A stretch of 55,890 bases of DNA from the IMG/VR virus record IMGVR_UViG_3300030095_004334, positions 1-55,890 of that record; one strand, written 5' to 3'. The notes under the pieces were generated by a model. It did no database searches. It was not told the DNA's origin and saw nothing but the letters and a program-made list of their open reading frames with translations. Below, one piece after another: positions 17,324-26,994 of the stretch. Origin of the DNA: a virus. Its lineage: Duplodnaviria; Caudoviricetes. Both the position numbers and the translations under genes were made by a program. How positions within the stretch are numbered: the first letter of the stretch is position 1; every line of letters starts with the position of its first letter.

Positions 17324-18490
17324 TTATCTTGTATTATACAAGGTTCCAATACCTTCTGACATTGGACCGCTTTTAGGTGCTACTGTTCCACCATATGCAA
17401 AAGGAAGAACTCCTCTTCTAGATAAATAGTCTGTTATATTTTCCATATCACTTGCACTTAAATCATCTTCTTCGTTAAATAAGTAAGGATACATATCTTG
17501 AAAATCTTCTGAAGTCATATTACCAGATTGAGTTACAGGAGTAGTTGATTGTTCGTCAACAGGTAGTGTTGTTAAATCTTGTTCATTAAATTTTGGAGGA
17601 ATAAAGTAAGCTTCATTTGAAGTCATGGCTGGGCGAACATCTGATAAACTAATTGTATTATCATCTTCATCTTGTGGAAAAAATAAATTTTTTCCTTTAC
17701 CAACTAAATCTTTTAAAATATTAAAAGCTGCTGAACCGGGTATTGCAGCTTTTGCTAAGACATCTGCAAGTCCTTGTGTTCTTACCATCTCTGGTCTATT
17801 GATGCTTGGGTCAGTATATTGTAGAGAATTAAAACCTGTAACTCCTCTTGATATATCACCACCAAGTTGACTAAGTGTAGGAGCTGTAGCAGTTAATTCA
17901 GGATTCATCATAGATAAAATTGTTCTACCTTGATCGTCTTTTAAACCTGTTCCACTTAAATTAATTCTATCAATACCATCTGGTCCTGTAAAAGTTTTAG
18001 CTCCTGCATCAAAAGCTTTATTGATTGTATCCATCTTACTTGCATAACCTTCAACGTCAGCAGGTCTACGATACTTAGATCCCGTCTCGCCAATATTTTG
18101 ACCGATTGATTGAAAGGAAGCATCTCTTCCAAGATTTTGAAGACCTTTTAAAATTGCGTTCGCTTGATTTTCAGAAGCTGTAGCTAAACCTGTATTACCT
18201 GCCATGGCCATTGATTGACCGGGACCCATAGGTTCATTTCTTCTATTAGGATTAGGCATGTTAAAACCACCTACGTTTTGAGGAGGTCTTACTTTTAGAG
18301 TAACATCTAAAGGTTGTGAAGTGCTAGGTGGATTGTTTACAGGAAATCTATTAGCAGCATATTGCTGTAGTTGCTCCATAGGAAAAACAGGAGGAGTGGC
18401 AATCCTCATTTGATCTTGTACTGAAAGACGATCTCCTCCGCCTCTTCTAGTAGTGCCTTGAGAAGGACTTTTAGTTGCTTTACTGCCCAT
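17324..18490 (-). CDS. Probable internal virion protein, largely disordered
   Basis: Directly after portal; P/Q/G-rich; C-terminal FAYGGTV motif. Confidence 0.6.
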   Translation of the reverse strand: MGSKATKSPSQGTTRRGGGDRLSVQDQMRIATPPVFPMEQLQQYAANRFPVNNPPSTSQPLDVTLKVRPPQNVGGFNMPNPNRRNEPMGPGQSMAMAGNTGLATASENQANAILKGLQNLGRDASFQSIGQNIGETGSKYRRPADVEGYASKMDTINKAFDAGAKTFTGPDGIDRINLSGTGLKDDQGRTILSMMNPELTATAPTLSQLGGDISRGVTGFNSLQYTDPSINRPEMVRTQGLADVLAKAAIPGSAAFNILKDLVGKGKNLFFPQDEDDNTISLSDVRPAMTSNEAYFIPPKFNEQDLTTLPVDEQSTTPVTQSGNMTSEDFQDMYPYLFNEEDDLSASDMENITDYLSRRGVLPFAYGGTVAPKSGPMSEGIGTLYNTR

Positions 18491-20945
18491 CTACATCTAC
18501 CATTGTCATTTTTTGAATACCTGATTTTGCCAAACTAACACCTGCTCGAAGTTTTTGATGTTCATCACTCTGTTCTAACTTATCTTCTGCAAGTTGTCTA
18601 TTGGAAATTAATCTCAATCTATCTAATTCAGATTTTTCTTCTCCTTCTTTTTCTTTTCTAGCTTCTTCTTTTGCTTTTAAATCTACTTCTCTAGCTTTTA
18701 GTTTGATAAGAGGGTCTTTGTTCATGTCATCTGCAATTTTCTTTTCTTCTTGCATAAAATCTTTAGTCATATCTGCAATTAATACTGCTTTTCTAGCTTC
18801 AATAGTCACTTGTATACGTTGTAATTCAGGATTTTGTGCTATTTGTTGTGCCATTTGTGGATTTTGTTGCATTTGCATCTGCATTTGTTGTAATTTCATT
18901 AAATCTTCTGCAAATTCTATCTGAATTTGCTCTTGTGCCATCAAACTTATGTGTTCAAGTACGTTTTTAAACACCAAAGAAGAAATCAACGGATTATTTT
19001 TGACCATATTTGTTGCCATAAAGTTTAAATGAGCGTCAATATGAGATCTATGGTCTTGTTTTGGAAATGCTTGAAAACTTTTTTGACCCATTGCTTGTAT
19101 ATGTTCCATACTTGGATCCATTGGTGCAGGTTTTGCGGGTGGTGGTAGAATAGAATTTATATCTTTAACACCTAATGCAGAATACATGTTGTAATAAGCA
19201 TTATATAAGTTGTGTAATTTAGGATTAGACATTGCCATTTGCAGTTCCGTTTGAGCTATAGATATACGCTGCGTTTGGGAGAAAATATTCGGATCCGCAA
19301 TTGGCAAGATGTCTACTCTATCATCAAAGTCTGTTTGTTTAATGTTGCGTTGTCCACCGACAACATCGTAAGGGTATTCAGGAGGAAGATACAAACTAAA
19401 GACTTTAGATAATAAACTGAATTCTTGTTTTAAACTTGAATAGAGTCTCTTGTGAATAGCTGACATCACACGAGATCCACGTTCTAATAATGCTACTGTC
19501 GTTCCTACGGCAGCACCTTGATTACCGTCACCCACTTGCATGTCTGCAATACTAGCGAAACGCTGACCAGCAGAGACGACTGTACTCATTAAGGTAAGTA
19601 AAGTTTGTGAAGGTTCTTTAAAAGGTAAGGGCATAAAAGAATCTCTTAAGTTTCCACCGGGAGCATCCACATCTCTAAACTCACCAGGTTGTAGAGGCTG
19701 TGCATCATCTCTCACTCGAATACCACGCATTTTAAATCCTGCAGGTAAGTTCGCTAAAGTTCCAGCGTCTAGTAATTGTCTGAGTGCTGCCGTAGCAGTT
19801 CGAGATAATCCACCAATCATGTGAATCAAACCAAAGCCATAAAAACCTAGACCCGGTAAAAATTTAAAATGTACAAAGTAATCAACTTTCTTTTTTAAAA
19901 CATCTCCTTGTGCAAAATTTCTTCTAATAGATAAAACTTCATTTGTACCTTCTTCGATTGTGACGATGTAAGGTAACTTAATTCCTGTAGGTTCATTACT
20001 TTGAGGATTCATATCTTCAAAACCTTCTAGGTCTAAATTTACATGACACTCTAGAAGAGTATACATGTCTTCATCTTGACCACTTGCTTTAACTCCTTCG
20101 AGTTCTCTTTCTTTACTTTTTAAATCTGAATTTGCTCCACCATAACTTGTTGAAAGTTCTATATCTCTATAAAAACCATTGACTTGCTGCTTGCGTAAAT
20201 CATTCTCAGAAATCTTTACAACGTGAATAACTGTATCCGCTTCATCTAAACTTGTTGCTGAGTAAGGTACAACTAAATCATCTGCAGGAATAAATTTTGA
20301 TACAGCTCTATTTAATAATTGATCATAGTAAACTTTTTTAAAAGTAGATCCTGCAAGAGGTAAGTAAAATAACATTTGATCAAAGTCTGCTTCATACTCT
20401 TTCATGACATGCATGATCTGATAGTTCATAAATTCTTTCACACGCTTGGCTTGATCTTTTCTTGCCATGTCATCTTTACCGACAACTTGTGTTCTTACAG
20501 GTCCCCCTGCTGGTAATAATTCTTTATAAGCAAGTGATTGAAATTGTGTCACGGCCTCTGATAAAACAGGATGAGTCGCACCACTTGCACCTCGAAACGG
20601 TTCACTTTTGTCTTCGTATTTAAATCCTAATAATTCTAAACCATCGGTGTAAGCTTTCTCCCACTCTGATCTTGATGATTTGTAATCTTCAAACTTAGAA
20701 GAAAGATCCGATCCAATTGGATCTAAAATTGTATCAGGTAAAACTTCTGCTAAATTAGAAAAGTGTTCGCTAGGATCCATGGGTTCCATAGCATTCGGAT
20801 CAAAATTAATTTCTGCTCCACCGTCTTCCATTTCTGTGATGTCAACAGGACCTGTATCTTTTTTTGTTTCTTCTACAAAAACTTCTTGATCTTCTTCCTC
20901 AAGTTTTAAATTTTCATTTGGTAATGCTTTATCTATTTCAGCCAT
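18480..20945 (-). CDS. Portal protein
   Basis: 821 aa after TerL; LPLAGSTFKKVYYD, FLPGLGFYGFG, Q-rich helical C-terminus. Confidence 0.9.
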   Translation of the reverse strand: MAEIDKALPNENLKLEEEDQEVFVEETKKDTGPVDITEMEDGGAEINFDPNAMEPMDPSEHFSNLAEVLPDTILDPIGSDLSSKFEDYKSSRSEWEKAYTDGLELLGFKYEDKSEPFRGASGATHPVLSEAVTQFQSLAYKELLPAGGPVRTQVVGKDDMARKDQAKRVKEFMNYQIMHVMKEYEADFDQMLFYLPLAGSTFKKVYYDQLLNRAVSKFIPADDLVVPYSATSLDEADTVIHVVKISENDLRKQQVNGFYRDIELSTSYGGANSDLKSKERELEGVKASGQDEDMYTLLECHVNLDLEGFEDMNPQSNEPTGIKLPYIVTIEEGTNEVLSIRRNFAQGDVLKKKVDYFVHFKFLPGLGFYGFGLIHMIGGLSRTATAALRQLLDAGTLANLPAGFKMRGIRVRDDAQPLQPGEFRDVDAPGGNLRDSFMPLPFKEPSQTLLTLMSTVVSAGQRFASIADMQVGDGNQGAAVGTTVALLERGSRVMSAIHKRLYSSLKQEFSLLSKVFSLYLPPEYPYDVVGGQRNIKQTDFDDRVDILPIADPNIFSQTQRISIAQTELQMAMSNPKLHNLYNAYYNMYSALGVKDINSILPPPAKPAPMDPSMEHIQAMGQKSFQAFPKQDHRSHIDAHLNFMATNMVKNNPLISSLVFKNVLEHISLMAQEQIQIEFAEDLMKLQQMQMQMQQNPQMAQQIAQNPELQRIQVTIEARKAVLIADMTKDFMQEEKKIADDMNKDPLIKLKAREVDLKAKEEARKEKEGEEKSELDRLRLISNRQLAEDKLEQSDEHQKLRAGVSLAKSGIQKMTMVDVDGQ

Positions 20946-22411
20946 TAATAATACGTCCTTTGTTGGTGAGGTAAGGGTTCATCTTCTTGGTCGTCTGGGT
21001 GTTCAATAAATCCTCCCTGTCTAAATCTCATGACAGCTTGTGTTGTGCTATCTACTAAATCGTCATGGTCGCCATATGGAAACGAAGCACATTCCTCTAT
21101 AACTTCCTCTGCAAATTTTTTATCTGGTGCCCACACTTGTCCTGCTTCAAAGATAGGAGCTACAGAATTCACCCTTGTATGTTTATCATTTCCTTTACTA
21201 GGTGTAAAGTTTAAAACCGGTATTCCCATTTTGCGTAATTCATATGTCAAAGGTAGTCCTGATGCTTTTGCTTCCACGATCACCGTTTCAGGTTTCCAAT
21301 AATCATATTGATCTTTAGCTACTCTTCTTAGTTCCGGGAACTCAAATCTATCTTTCACACAATCTAACAAAATCAAGTTTGGTCCGCTGTCCTCGGTCGG
21401 ATAAAAGACTCCCCACGTAGTAATAGCGGAATAGTCTGCTGTTTGTTTTTTCATAAAAGCTGTATCATAACTTTGTATCACATGATGTAGAGCAGGAAGT
21501 TCTTCGCTTTCATACACCCTCCACCATTCTCGTTTAATAATAGACCCCTCTTCTGCCGTGGGATTTTGTTGATACTGAGCATTCCATTTGCTCACGGACA
21601 GCGAAGCTTTGACCGTTTGTAATTCATCCAACTTCCAATACTCTGGCCATACAGGTTTATTGCTTGGTAGGATTGCTGGAAATTCTATAATCTCCCATTG
21701 ATCAGCTTTAGGATCACTTTGAGCTTTGAGCAGCATTCCTGTTAAATCTTTTGTGTTCCATCTCGTCATTACCAAAATAATTCTACCACCAGGTTGTAAA
21801 CGCTGACGAGGACCGGAAGTATACCACTCCCAAGTTCTCTCAAAGGAATTCATGTTCATCGCATCTTGCTCCGAGTGAGGGTCATCAATAATAAATAGAT
21901 CCGCACCACGACCTGTCACAGCACCACCCACACCTGTTGCAAAATACTCACCACCTTGATTGGTTTCCCAACGACCTGCAGCTTTAGAATCCTCTTGTAA
22001 TTTTGTGGGAAAAATTTTTTTATATTCTTCTGTGTCGATAAGATGTTTGGCTTTACGACCAAAGCGAACAGCGAGCTCTGAATTAAAAGTTGCTTGAATA
22101 ATTTTTAATTTAGGATCCCTACCGATCATCCAAGCGGGGAGCAGGAACGATGCAAATTCTGATTTTGTATGTCGAGGTGCCATATTGATAATCAATCTTT
22201 TTATCTTGCCCGCGGCCACTTGATTAAACTTATCAGCCATGATTTTGTGATGGGACCCCTCTATGAAATCAGGCCAAACATATTTTACAAAAGACATAAA
22301 ATCAGTAGAGACAGCTTTTTCTTTTTTCTTCTCTTCCAATCTTATTGCATATTTCATGAAATCTTTCTTGGCTTCCATGGGTAGCTTTCTTAGATCTATA
22401 TCTTCAAACAT
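20945..22411 (-). CDS. terL: Terminase large subunit
   Basis: Walker A variant NMAPRHTKSE, Walker B IIDDP, MTRW coupling motif, SYDTA and HDDLVDS nuclease motifs. Confidence 0.95.
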   Translation of the reverse strand: MFEDIDLRKLPMEAKKDFMKYAIRLEEKKKEKAVSTDFMSFVKYVWPDFIEGSHHKIMADKFNQVAAGKIKRLIINMAPRHTKSEFASFLLPAWMIGRDPKLKIIQATFNSELAVRFGRKAKHLIDTEEYKKIFPTKLQEDSKAAGRWETNQGGEYFATGVGGAVTGRGADLFIIDDPHSEQDAMNMNSFERTWEWYTSGPRQRLQPGGRIILVMTRWNTKDLTGMLLKAQSDPKADQWEIIEFPAILPSNKPVWPEYWKLDELQTVKASLSVSKWNAQYQQNPTAEEGSIIKREWWRVYESEELPALHHVIQSYDTAFMKKQTADYSAITTWGVFYPTEDSGPNLILLDCVKDRFEFPELRRVAKDQYDYWKPETVIVEAKASGLPLTYELRKMGIPVLNFTPSKGNDKHTRVNSVAPIFEAGQVWAPDKKFAEEVIEECASFPYGDHDDLVDSTTQAVMRFRQGGFIEHPDDQEDEPLPHQQRTYY

Positions 22412-22581
22412 TTAAAAACGAAAAAAAAATTTAAAAAATTTTTTCAATAAGTATTTTGGGTGATGTTATCTCTAAAATCGACTATATACAAGTACATTAG
22501 GATCCCTATATATACAAAAAGGGGGGTGGGGGTGCCAATAAACAAATGTAGTTTGAAACATGGTTTGGTACCTCTATCCGA

Positions 22582-22602
22582 TCTCGCCCCAGCGGGGCGA
22601 GA
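22582..22602. other. Perfect GC-rich hairpin
   Basis: TCTCGCCCC-AGC-GGGGCGAGA, 9-bp stem. Confidence 0.75.
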
Positions 22603-22608
22603 AGCAGA

Positions 22609-22635
22609 GGGCGGTGGTGGGGGTGGGTGGGCCCA
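22609..22635 (+). repeat. G-rich repeat copy 1 (G-quadruplex consensus)
   Basis: GGG-CGGTGGT-GGGGG-T-GGG-T-GGG-CCCA; 22613-22635 matches 25448-25470 at 22 of 23 bases. Confidence 0.85.
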
Positions 22636-22855
22636 TAGGTCTCAAGCCACTATATCCAGTAGGTGTTGCATTTTTGCAACACAAGATGCAGTAGGTTTCC
22701 AGATTCCAGAATTCCTATCTATAATATATTATCCCATAAAAACCCATTATAAAGCCCATACAGATACATCGGAGCATGAAGCGTGATAGATTTCTAAGTT
22801 AAAATAATGCATTTTATGGGATACTTTTTTAACTTAATTTGATAGATTTTTAGTC

Positions 22856-23254
22856 ATGAGAAAGAAAACAACAAAAGATTTTATAAACCATAAAATGAAT
22901 GATGATGTCTACAAATTAAGAAGACAAGTTATTGATATGATTTATGAAATCAAAAATGTTTATTCTGATATTCCAAGAATAGATGTTAGAATAGGTAAAT
23001 CTAAAACTTGTGGTGTTTTAGGTCTTGCTAGACTTAATGACAATATTATTTGGATAGATGATAAATCTTATATGACTTATAGAAATAATGATTTTCTAAG
23101 GAATGTTGTTTATCATGAAATACTTCATGCAATTTACGGAATTGAACATGATGAAAAATGTCCTTTAATGTGTAGCAAATTAAATGAAGTAATAAGCAAA
23201 GACCAATGCTTAAAAATATTTGGTAATTATTACAGAAAGAGAGAAAGCAAATGA
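22856..23254 (+). CDS. Small zinc metallopeptidase (metzincin-like)
   Basis: HEILHAIYGIEH followed by PLM (HExxH..GxxH plus Met-turn). Confidence 0.7.
   Translation: MRKKTTKDFINHKMNDDVYKLRRQVIDMIYEIKNVYSDIPRIDVRIGKSKTCGVLGLARLNDNIIWIDDKSYMTYRNNDFLRNVVYHEILHAIYGIEHDEKCPLMCSKLNEVISKDQCLKIFGNYYRKRESK
23234..23253 (+). repeat. Gene-junction repeat AGAAAGAGAGAAAGCAAATG
   Basis: Exact 20-bp copy at 24597-24616; variants before 24831 and 26029. Confidence 0.85.
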
Positions 23255-23595
23255 TTATTAAAAATGAAGATCACGGTAGAACAGGAACTCATCTTGAAGG
23301 TTATATTGAATGTTCTTATGAAGATTTAGTTGGTGCTTTTGGTAATCCTACTTTTGAAGGTGGGATTGAAACTAAAATAGAAGTTGAATGGAATTTAACT
23401 TTTATTGAAAGCACTAGAACCGATGACAATCACGAGATTGTTACTGTCTACAATTGGAAAAATGGTAAAAGATATTGTGGTGAAGAGGAAGGTTTAGATC
23501 CTCAAGATATTAAAGAATGGAACATTGGTGGTAAACGTAGATATGCCGTTGATCTTGTTCATGATGCCATTAAAAATTATAAGGATAAAAAATAA
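23251..23595 (+). CDS. Hypothetical early protein
   Basis: Clean ORF with junction-repeat RBS; LxGYI...LVxxFGxP...EW...YNWK. Confidence 0.75.
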   Translation: MIIKNEDHGRTGTHLEGYIECSYEDLVGAFGNPTFEGGIETKIEVEWNLTFIESTRTDDNHEIVTVYNWKNGKRYCGEEEGLDPQDIKEWNIGGKRRYAVDLVHDAIKNYKDKK

Positions 23596-23690
23596 TGGAA
23601 GATTTAAATACAATTTGCATTGTGATCACTTCGGTGGTCGCAATGCTTTTCGTTTGGGTTATTCTTAACGAACATTTTGGAGGTAAATGA
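23595..23690 (+). CDS. 31-aa single-TM peptide (not in ORF track)
   Basis: MEDLNTICIVITSVVAMLFVWVILNEHFGGK; TAATG coupling; fills the gap. Confidence 0.65.
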   Translation: MEDLNTICIVITSVVAMLFVWVILNEHFGGK

Positions 23691-23691
23691 C

Positions 23692-24642
23692 ATGAATGTA
23701 TTTTCAGCATTTGACGGAATGTCTTGTGGTCGTATTGCATTAGATAAGGTAGGGCTGTCCGTAGATAATTATTATAGCTCTGAAATTAAAAAATATGCAA
23801 TTGATATTGCAAATAAAAATTATCCTCAAGATAAAAAAAATAGACTAGGTGATATCACTACCATTAAAGGTAGTGATCTTCCTACAATAGATTTGTTCAT
23901 TGGTGGTTCACCTTGCCAAGATTTTAGTGGTGCTAATAAAAATAGATTAGGTGTTGAAGGTTCCAAGAGTGGTTTATTTTATGAGTGGTTAAGATTAAAG
24001 AATGAAGTGAAACCAAAATATTTCTTATTAGAAAATGTAAGAATGAAATCGGAGCACGAAGATATTATTTCTAAGGAATTAAATTGCAAGCCAATCAAAA
24101 TTAATTCTATGCATTTTGCTCCACAGTTAAGACATAGATTATATTGGACTAATATTCCTTTGCCTTATATTTATCCAAGGCCAAAACAATTAATTGAAGT
24201 TTTAGAAAATGGTTGGACGGAAAGAACTCATGCAAGATGTTTGCTTGAAAGTGACAGTCGTCCACTATCAACACCTATTAAAATGTTTCATAGATATTAT
24301 TCAACAGGGTTTACAACTTTGATTTTTAAATCTCAAAAACATTTTGGCGAATGTGTTTTCCATTACAATGAAAATTTTAAACACATGAACGCAAAACAAA
24401 TAGATGAACATATTAAAAATAGTAATATTGATTTATCTATTTATGAAGGTGTTAGATATTTAACACCACAAGAGAGAGAAGATTGCCAAACAGTTCCAAG
24501 AGGATATACAAAAGGTTTGACCGAAAATCAGATTGCTTGTATACTTGGAGACGGTTGGACAATAGATGTGATTGCTCACATCTTCAACGGACTAAAAGAA
24601 AGAGAGAAAGCAAATGTTATTATGGGAAAGTCAAGTGACTAA
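23692..24642 (+). CDS. DNA (cytosine-5)-methyltransferase 1 (start refined to ATG 23692)
   Basis: Motif I FDGMSCG, IV GGSPCQ, VI ENV, VIII QxRxRxYW, X LGDGW; GGAGG RBS. Confidence 0.9.
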   Translation: MNVFSAFDGMSCGRIALDKVGLSVDNYYSSEIKKYAIDIANKNYPQDKKNRLGDITTIKGSDLPTIDLFIGGSPCQDFSGANKNRLGVEGSKSGLFYEWLRLKNEVKPKYFLLENVRMKSEHEDIISKELNCKPIKINSMHFAPQLRHRLYWTNIPLPYIYPRPKQLIEVLENGWTERTHARCLLESDSRPLSTPIKMFHRYYSTGFTTLIFKSQKHFGECVFHYNENFKHMNAKQIDEHIKNSNIDLSIYEGVRYLTPQEREDCQTVPRGYTKGLTENQIACILGDGWTIDVIAHIFNGLKEREKANVIMGKSSD

Positions 24643-24838
24643 AACCAAAGAAGAGAAAGCCTATGAAATGACAGATAGAATATTTTGGATTTTCATGGAA
24701 AAACTAGATCAAAAAACTATTGATCAATTTATAGAGGATAATCCTAACGATGAAGGAACGAGAAACACTCAAAAAGGATTAGAACTATTTGATGAAATAG
24801 AAAGTTATATTTTAGAAAAGGAGAAAGCAAATGACTAA
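24614..24838 (+). CDS. Small acidic hypothetical protein
   Basis: Junction-repeat RBS; acidic helical sequence. Confidence 0.65.
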   Translation: MLLWESQVTKTKEEKAYEMTDRIFWIFMEKLDQKTIDQFIEDNPNDEGTRNTQKGLELFDEIESYILEKEKAND

Positions 24839-25235
24839 ACTAAAATTAGTTAATGACTATCAAAAGAGGATTGAAAAAAATCCTAACGGAGGAGGGGAAT
24901 ATCAATTCTATGGTATTCCTAACGATGAAGAAGGTAATTTATTTATTAAGTTAGCGAGAAAATATCTTAATAGAAAACTTTATAGAACTGTAAAATATGG
25001 AAGGTCAAATGGATCTTATTATCATAATGCTGATAAAGATAAGGTGGACTCTTTTGTGCTTTACATCAAAGATAAACCTAAGAAATTTCAAATTACTTAT
25101 AAGGCAAAACCTTCTTTTGTTACTCAGATTATGGAATTTGAAAGCATGGAAGAGGCCACAAGGTGGGTTGAAATGGTATCTTATAAAGATAAAGATCCAA
25201 AAGAAAATGCCTACAGGATCACAGAGATTGAATAA
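24831..25235 (+). CDS. Hypothetical early protein
   Basis: GAAAAGGAG RBS; last gene before a strong hairpin. Confidence 0.7.
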   Translation: MTKLKLVNDYQKRIEKNPNGGGEYQFYGIPNDEEGNLFIKLARKYLNRKLYRTVKYGRSNGSYYHNADKDKVDSFVLYIKDKPKKFQITYKAKPSFVTQIMEFESMEEATRWVEMVSYKDKDPKENAYRITEIE

Positions 25236-25241
25236 AAATAA

Positions 25242-25271
25242 AAAGCAATCGCCCATTAGGGCGATTGCTTT
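25242..25271. terminator. Bidirectional intrinsic terminator
   Basis: AAAGCAATCGCCC-ATTA-GGGCGATTGCTTT, 13-bp perfect stem. Confidence 0.8.
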
Positions 25272-25349
25272 ATTCCAAATACCAGATCAACAAGCCCAGA
25301 TCTGGGTTAAAAAAAATAATAAATTCCGGTCTGGGAATTTATTGCTTAG

Positions 25350-25431
25350 GCACAGGCCACGAGCTGCAAGAGCTCGAGGCTGAAAAAAAAAATAAAAAAT
25401 AATCCACAAGCCACAAGCAGCAAGCTGCACG
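25350..25431 (+). repeat. Heptamer arrays (consensus CNNCAAG)
   Basis: 3 degenerate units at 25350-25370 and 4 units at 25404-25431. Confidence 0.7.
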
Positions 25432-25444
25432 AACCAGGGAAACC

Positions 25445-25470
25445 GGGGGTGGTGGGGGCGGGTGGGCCCA
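25445..25470 (+). repeat. G-rich repeat copy 2 (G-quadruplex consensus)
   Basis: GGGGG-TGGT-GGGGG-C-GGG-T-GGG-CCCA. Confidence 0.85.
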
Positions 25471-25519
25471 GAAGGCGCAAGCACCGGGAATCTTTTAGCC
25501 CTCCCTCCCAACCCTTACT

Positions 25520-25549
25520 ATTTTAAACTTTATTATGGGAAAGTCAAGT
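25520..25549 (-). promoter_or_regulatory. Leftward sigma70-like promoter containing a TTCCCATAA box
   Basis: TTGACT-N16-TAAAAT; 25530-25549 is duplicated exactly at 24617-24636. Confidence 0.55.
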
Positions 25550-25570
25550 ATAAAATGGGATAATATAATA

Positions 25571-25930
25571 TTAACTGTGGATAAGTTTTTCTTGAATATC
25601 TAACCAATTGGCAGCTAGTTCCCGGACCGGTTCGCCTTTTGATAGAGCAAGGACCGAGGCCCCTGGATAAAGTTTATAGCTCAAAGGATCGAGGGCCTTG
25701 GCCAAGATATAAGAATTTTTAGTATGCTTAATATGGAACGATATTTGATGAGGTGAAAAGCGAATTTTATTACTATTGATTACTTTTAATTCGACAGTAA
25801 AAAAACCTTTATTGTCAACATAACCAAGTAGATCAGGAACACCCAAAGACGCCCAACTTTCTAATCTAGTCCATGATATTAAAGGCGTTTTTCTTTTCAA
25901 TTCTTGCCATAATTTAGATTCAGGTTTCAA
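25571..25930 (-). CDS. VRR-NUC/Holliday-junction resolvase-like nuclease
   Basis: ExxLW...GVPDL...ELK...SPHQ PD-(D/E)XK pattern; TTG start. Confidence 0.8.
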   Translation of the reverse strand: MKPESKLWQELKRKTPLISWTRLESWASLGVPDLLGYVDNKGFFTVELKVINSNKIRFSPHQISFHIKHTKNSYILAKALDPLSYKLYPGASVLALSKGEPVRELAANWLDIQEKLIHS

Positions 25931-25973
25931 AGTAAATTCACCATAGAATTATATATAATATATTAATATTTAT

Positions 25974-26002
25974 TTGTCTATTATGGGATTATGTGGTATA
26001 AA
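25974..26002 (+). promoter_or_regulatory. Sigma70 promoter with TATGGGA box in the spacer
   Basis: TTGTCT-N17-TATAAA with extended TG. Confidence 0.75.
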
Positions 26003-26028
26003 ATAGACAGAAAGAGAGAAAGAAAAAA

Positions 26029-26742
26029 ATGTATTTAGAGTTCAAAAAATCACCTAAGATTTTAAATATTGATAATAATGCTAAGACTGTAAAAGGCCAA
26101 AATTTCGGATACATGACAGCTATTTTTTACGGTGCGTCTGGGTCTCAATCTGGCTTTAATGTCTGCCCCCAAGCAAGCAAAGGCTGTTTAAAATCTTGTT
26201 TATATACTGCTGGCCATGGTGCATTTAATAACGTGCAGCAAGGACGAATAAATAAAACAAGGTGGTATATTCAAGAAAGAGAAACTTTCTTAAATCAACT
26301 AAGGAAAGAAATAAAAGCTTTTTTAATCAGAGCTCAAAAGAAAAATTTAATTCCTTGTATAAGATTAAACGGCACGAGTGATATATCCTGGGAAAATACC
26401 GGGATTATACAAGAGTTTTCAAGCGTGCAATTTTACGATTATACTAAGGTTTATAAGAGAATTTTAAAACATGTGAATGGCCAAATGCCGTCAAATTATC
26501 ATCTAACTTACAGCCTAACAGAAGATAACAAAGACGAAGCTATGAACGTTTTAAAACTTGGTGGCAATATTGCTGCCGTTTTTAGATCTAATCTACCTAA
26601 AACTTTTAAGGGGTTTAAGGTTATAAATGCAGACGAAAGCGACTTAAGATTTTTAGACGGTAATAATATCATTGCCGGATTAAAAGCAAAAGGAAAAGCA
26701 AAGACAGATTATTCTGGATTTGTACTAGAAAGCGAGGAATAA
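26029..26742 (+). CDS. Gp88-like protein (atypical radical-SAM-like Cys motif)
   Basis: CPQASKGCLKSC, RLNGTSD, FYDYTK, NYHLTYS, DLRFLD. Confidence 0.65.
   Translation: MYLEFKKSPKILNIDNNAKTVKGQNFGYMTAIFYGASGSQSGFNVCPQASKGCLKSCLYTAGHGAFNNVQQGRINKTRWYIQERETFLNQLRKEIKAFLIRAQKKNLIPCIRLNGTSDISWENTGIIQEFSSVQFYDYTKVYKRILKHVNGQMPSNYHLTYSLTEDNKDEAMNVLKLGGNIAAVFRSNLPKTFKGFKVINADESDLRFLDGNNIIAGLKAKGKAKTDYSGFVLESEE
26726..26742 (+). repeat. Gene-junction repeat TAGAAAGCGAGGAATAA
   Basis: Exact 17-bp copy at 26978-26994; partial copy near 27313. Confidence 0.85.
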
Positions 26743-26994
26743 ATGAAAGAACTATTTCACAAAATAGATGAAGTAAATATAAATAAAATTACTAGTTTAA
26801 ATGTTCATTTAGAAAGTAATTTTTATCCACCATTTCCTAGAGTGATTAAAAATAGAGTATTAACTATTTTTGCTGCATATTTTAGGAAAAGAATAAATGA
26901 AAATTTATTAAAACAATATTTATTTAAAAAATTTGTAAACGAAGACGGATTTTATAAATACCAGTTTAATGAATTTTTAGAAAGCGAGGAATAA
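26743..26994 (+). CDS. Hypothetical protein
   Basis: Flanked by identical junction repeats; HLxSNFYPP. Confidence 0.7.
   Translation: MKELFHKIDEVNINKITSLNVHLESNFYPPFPRVIKNRVLTIFAAYFRKRINENLLKQYLFKKFVNEDGFYKYQFNEFLESEE

Noticed and set aside
22460-22786. 108-aa plus-strand ORF with a poly-Gly run
   Set aside because: It spans the GC-rich hairpin and G4 element, has no RBS and atypical composition; open by chance of high GC
24997-25511. ORFs 24997..25383, 25005..25256 and 25287..25511
   Set aside because: They overlap a better gene or read through the terminator, heptamer arrays and G4 repeat
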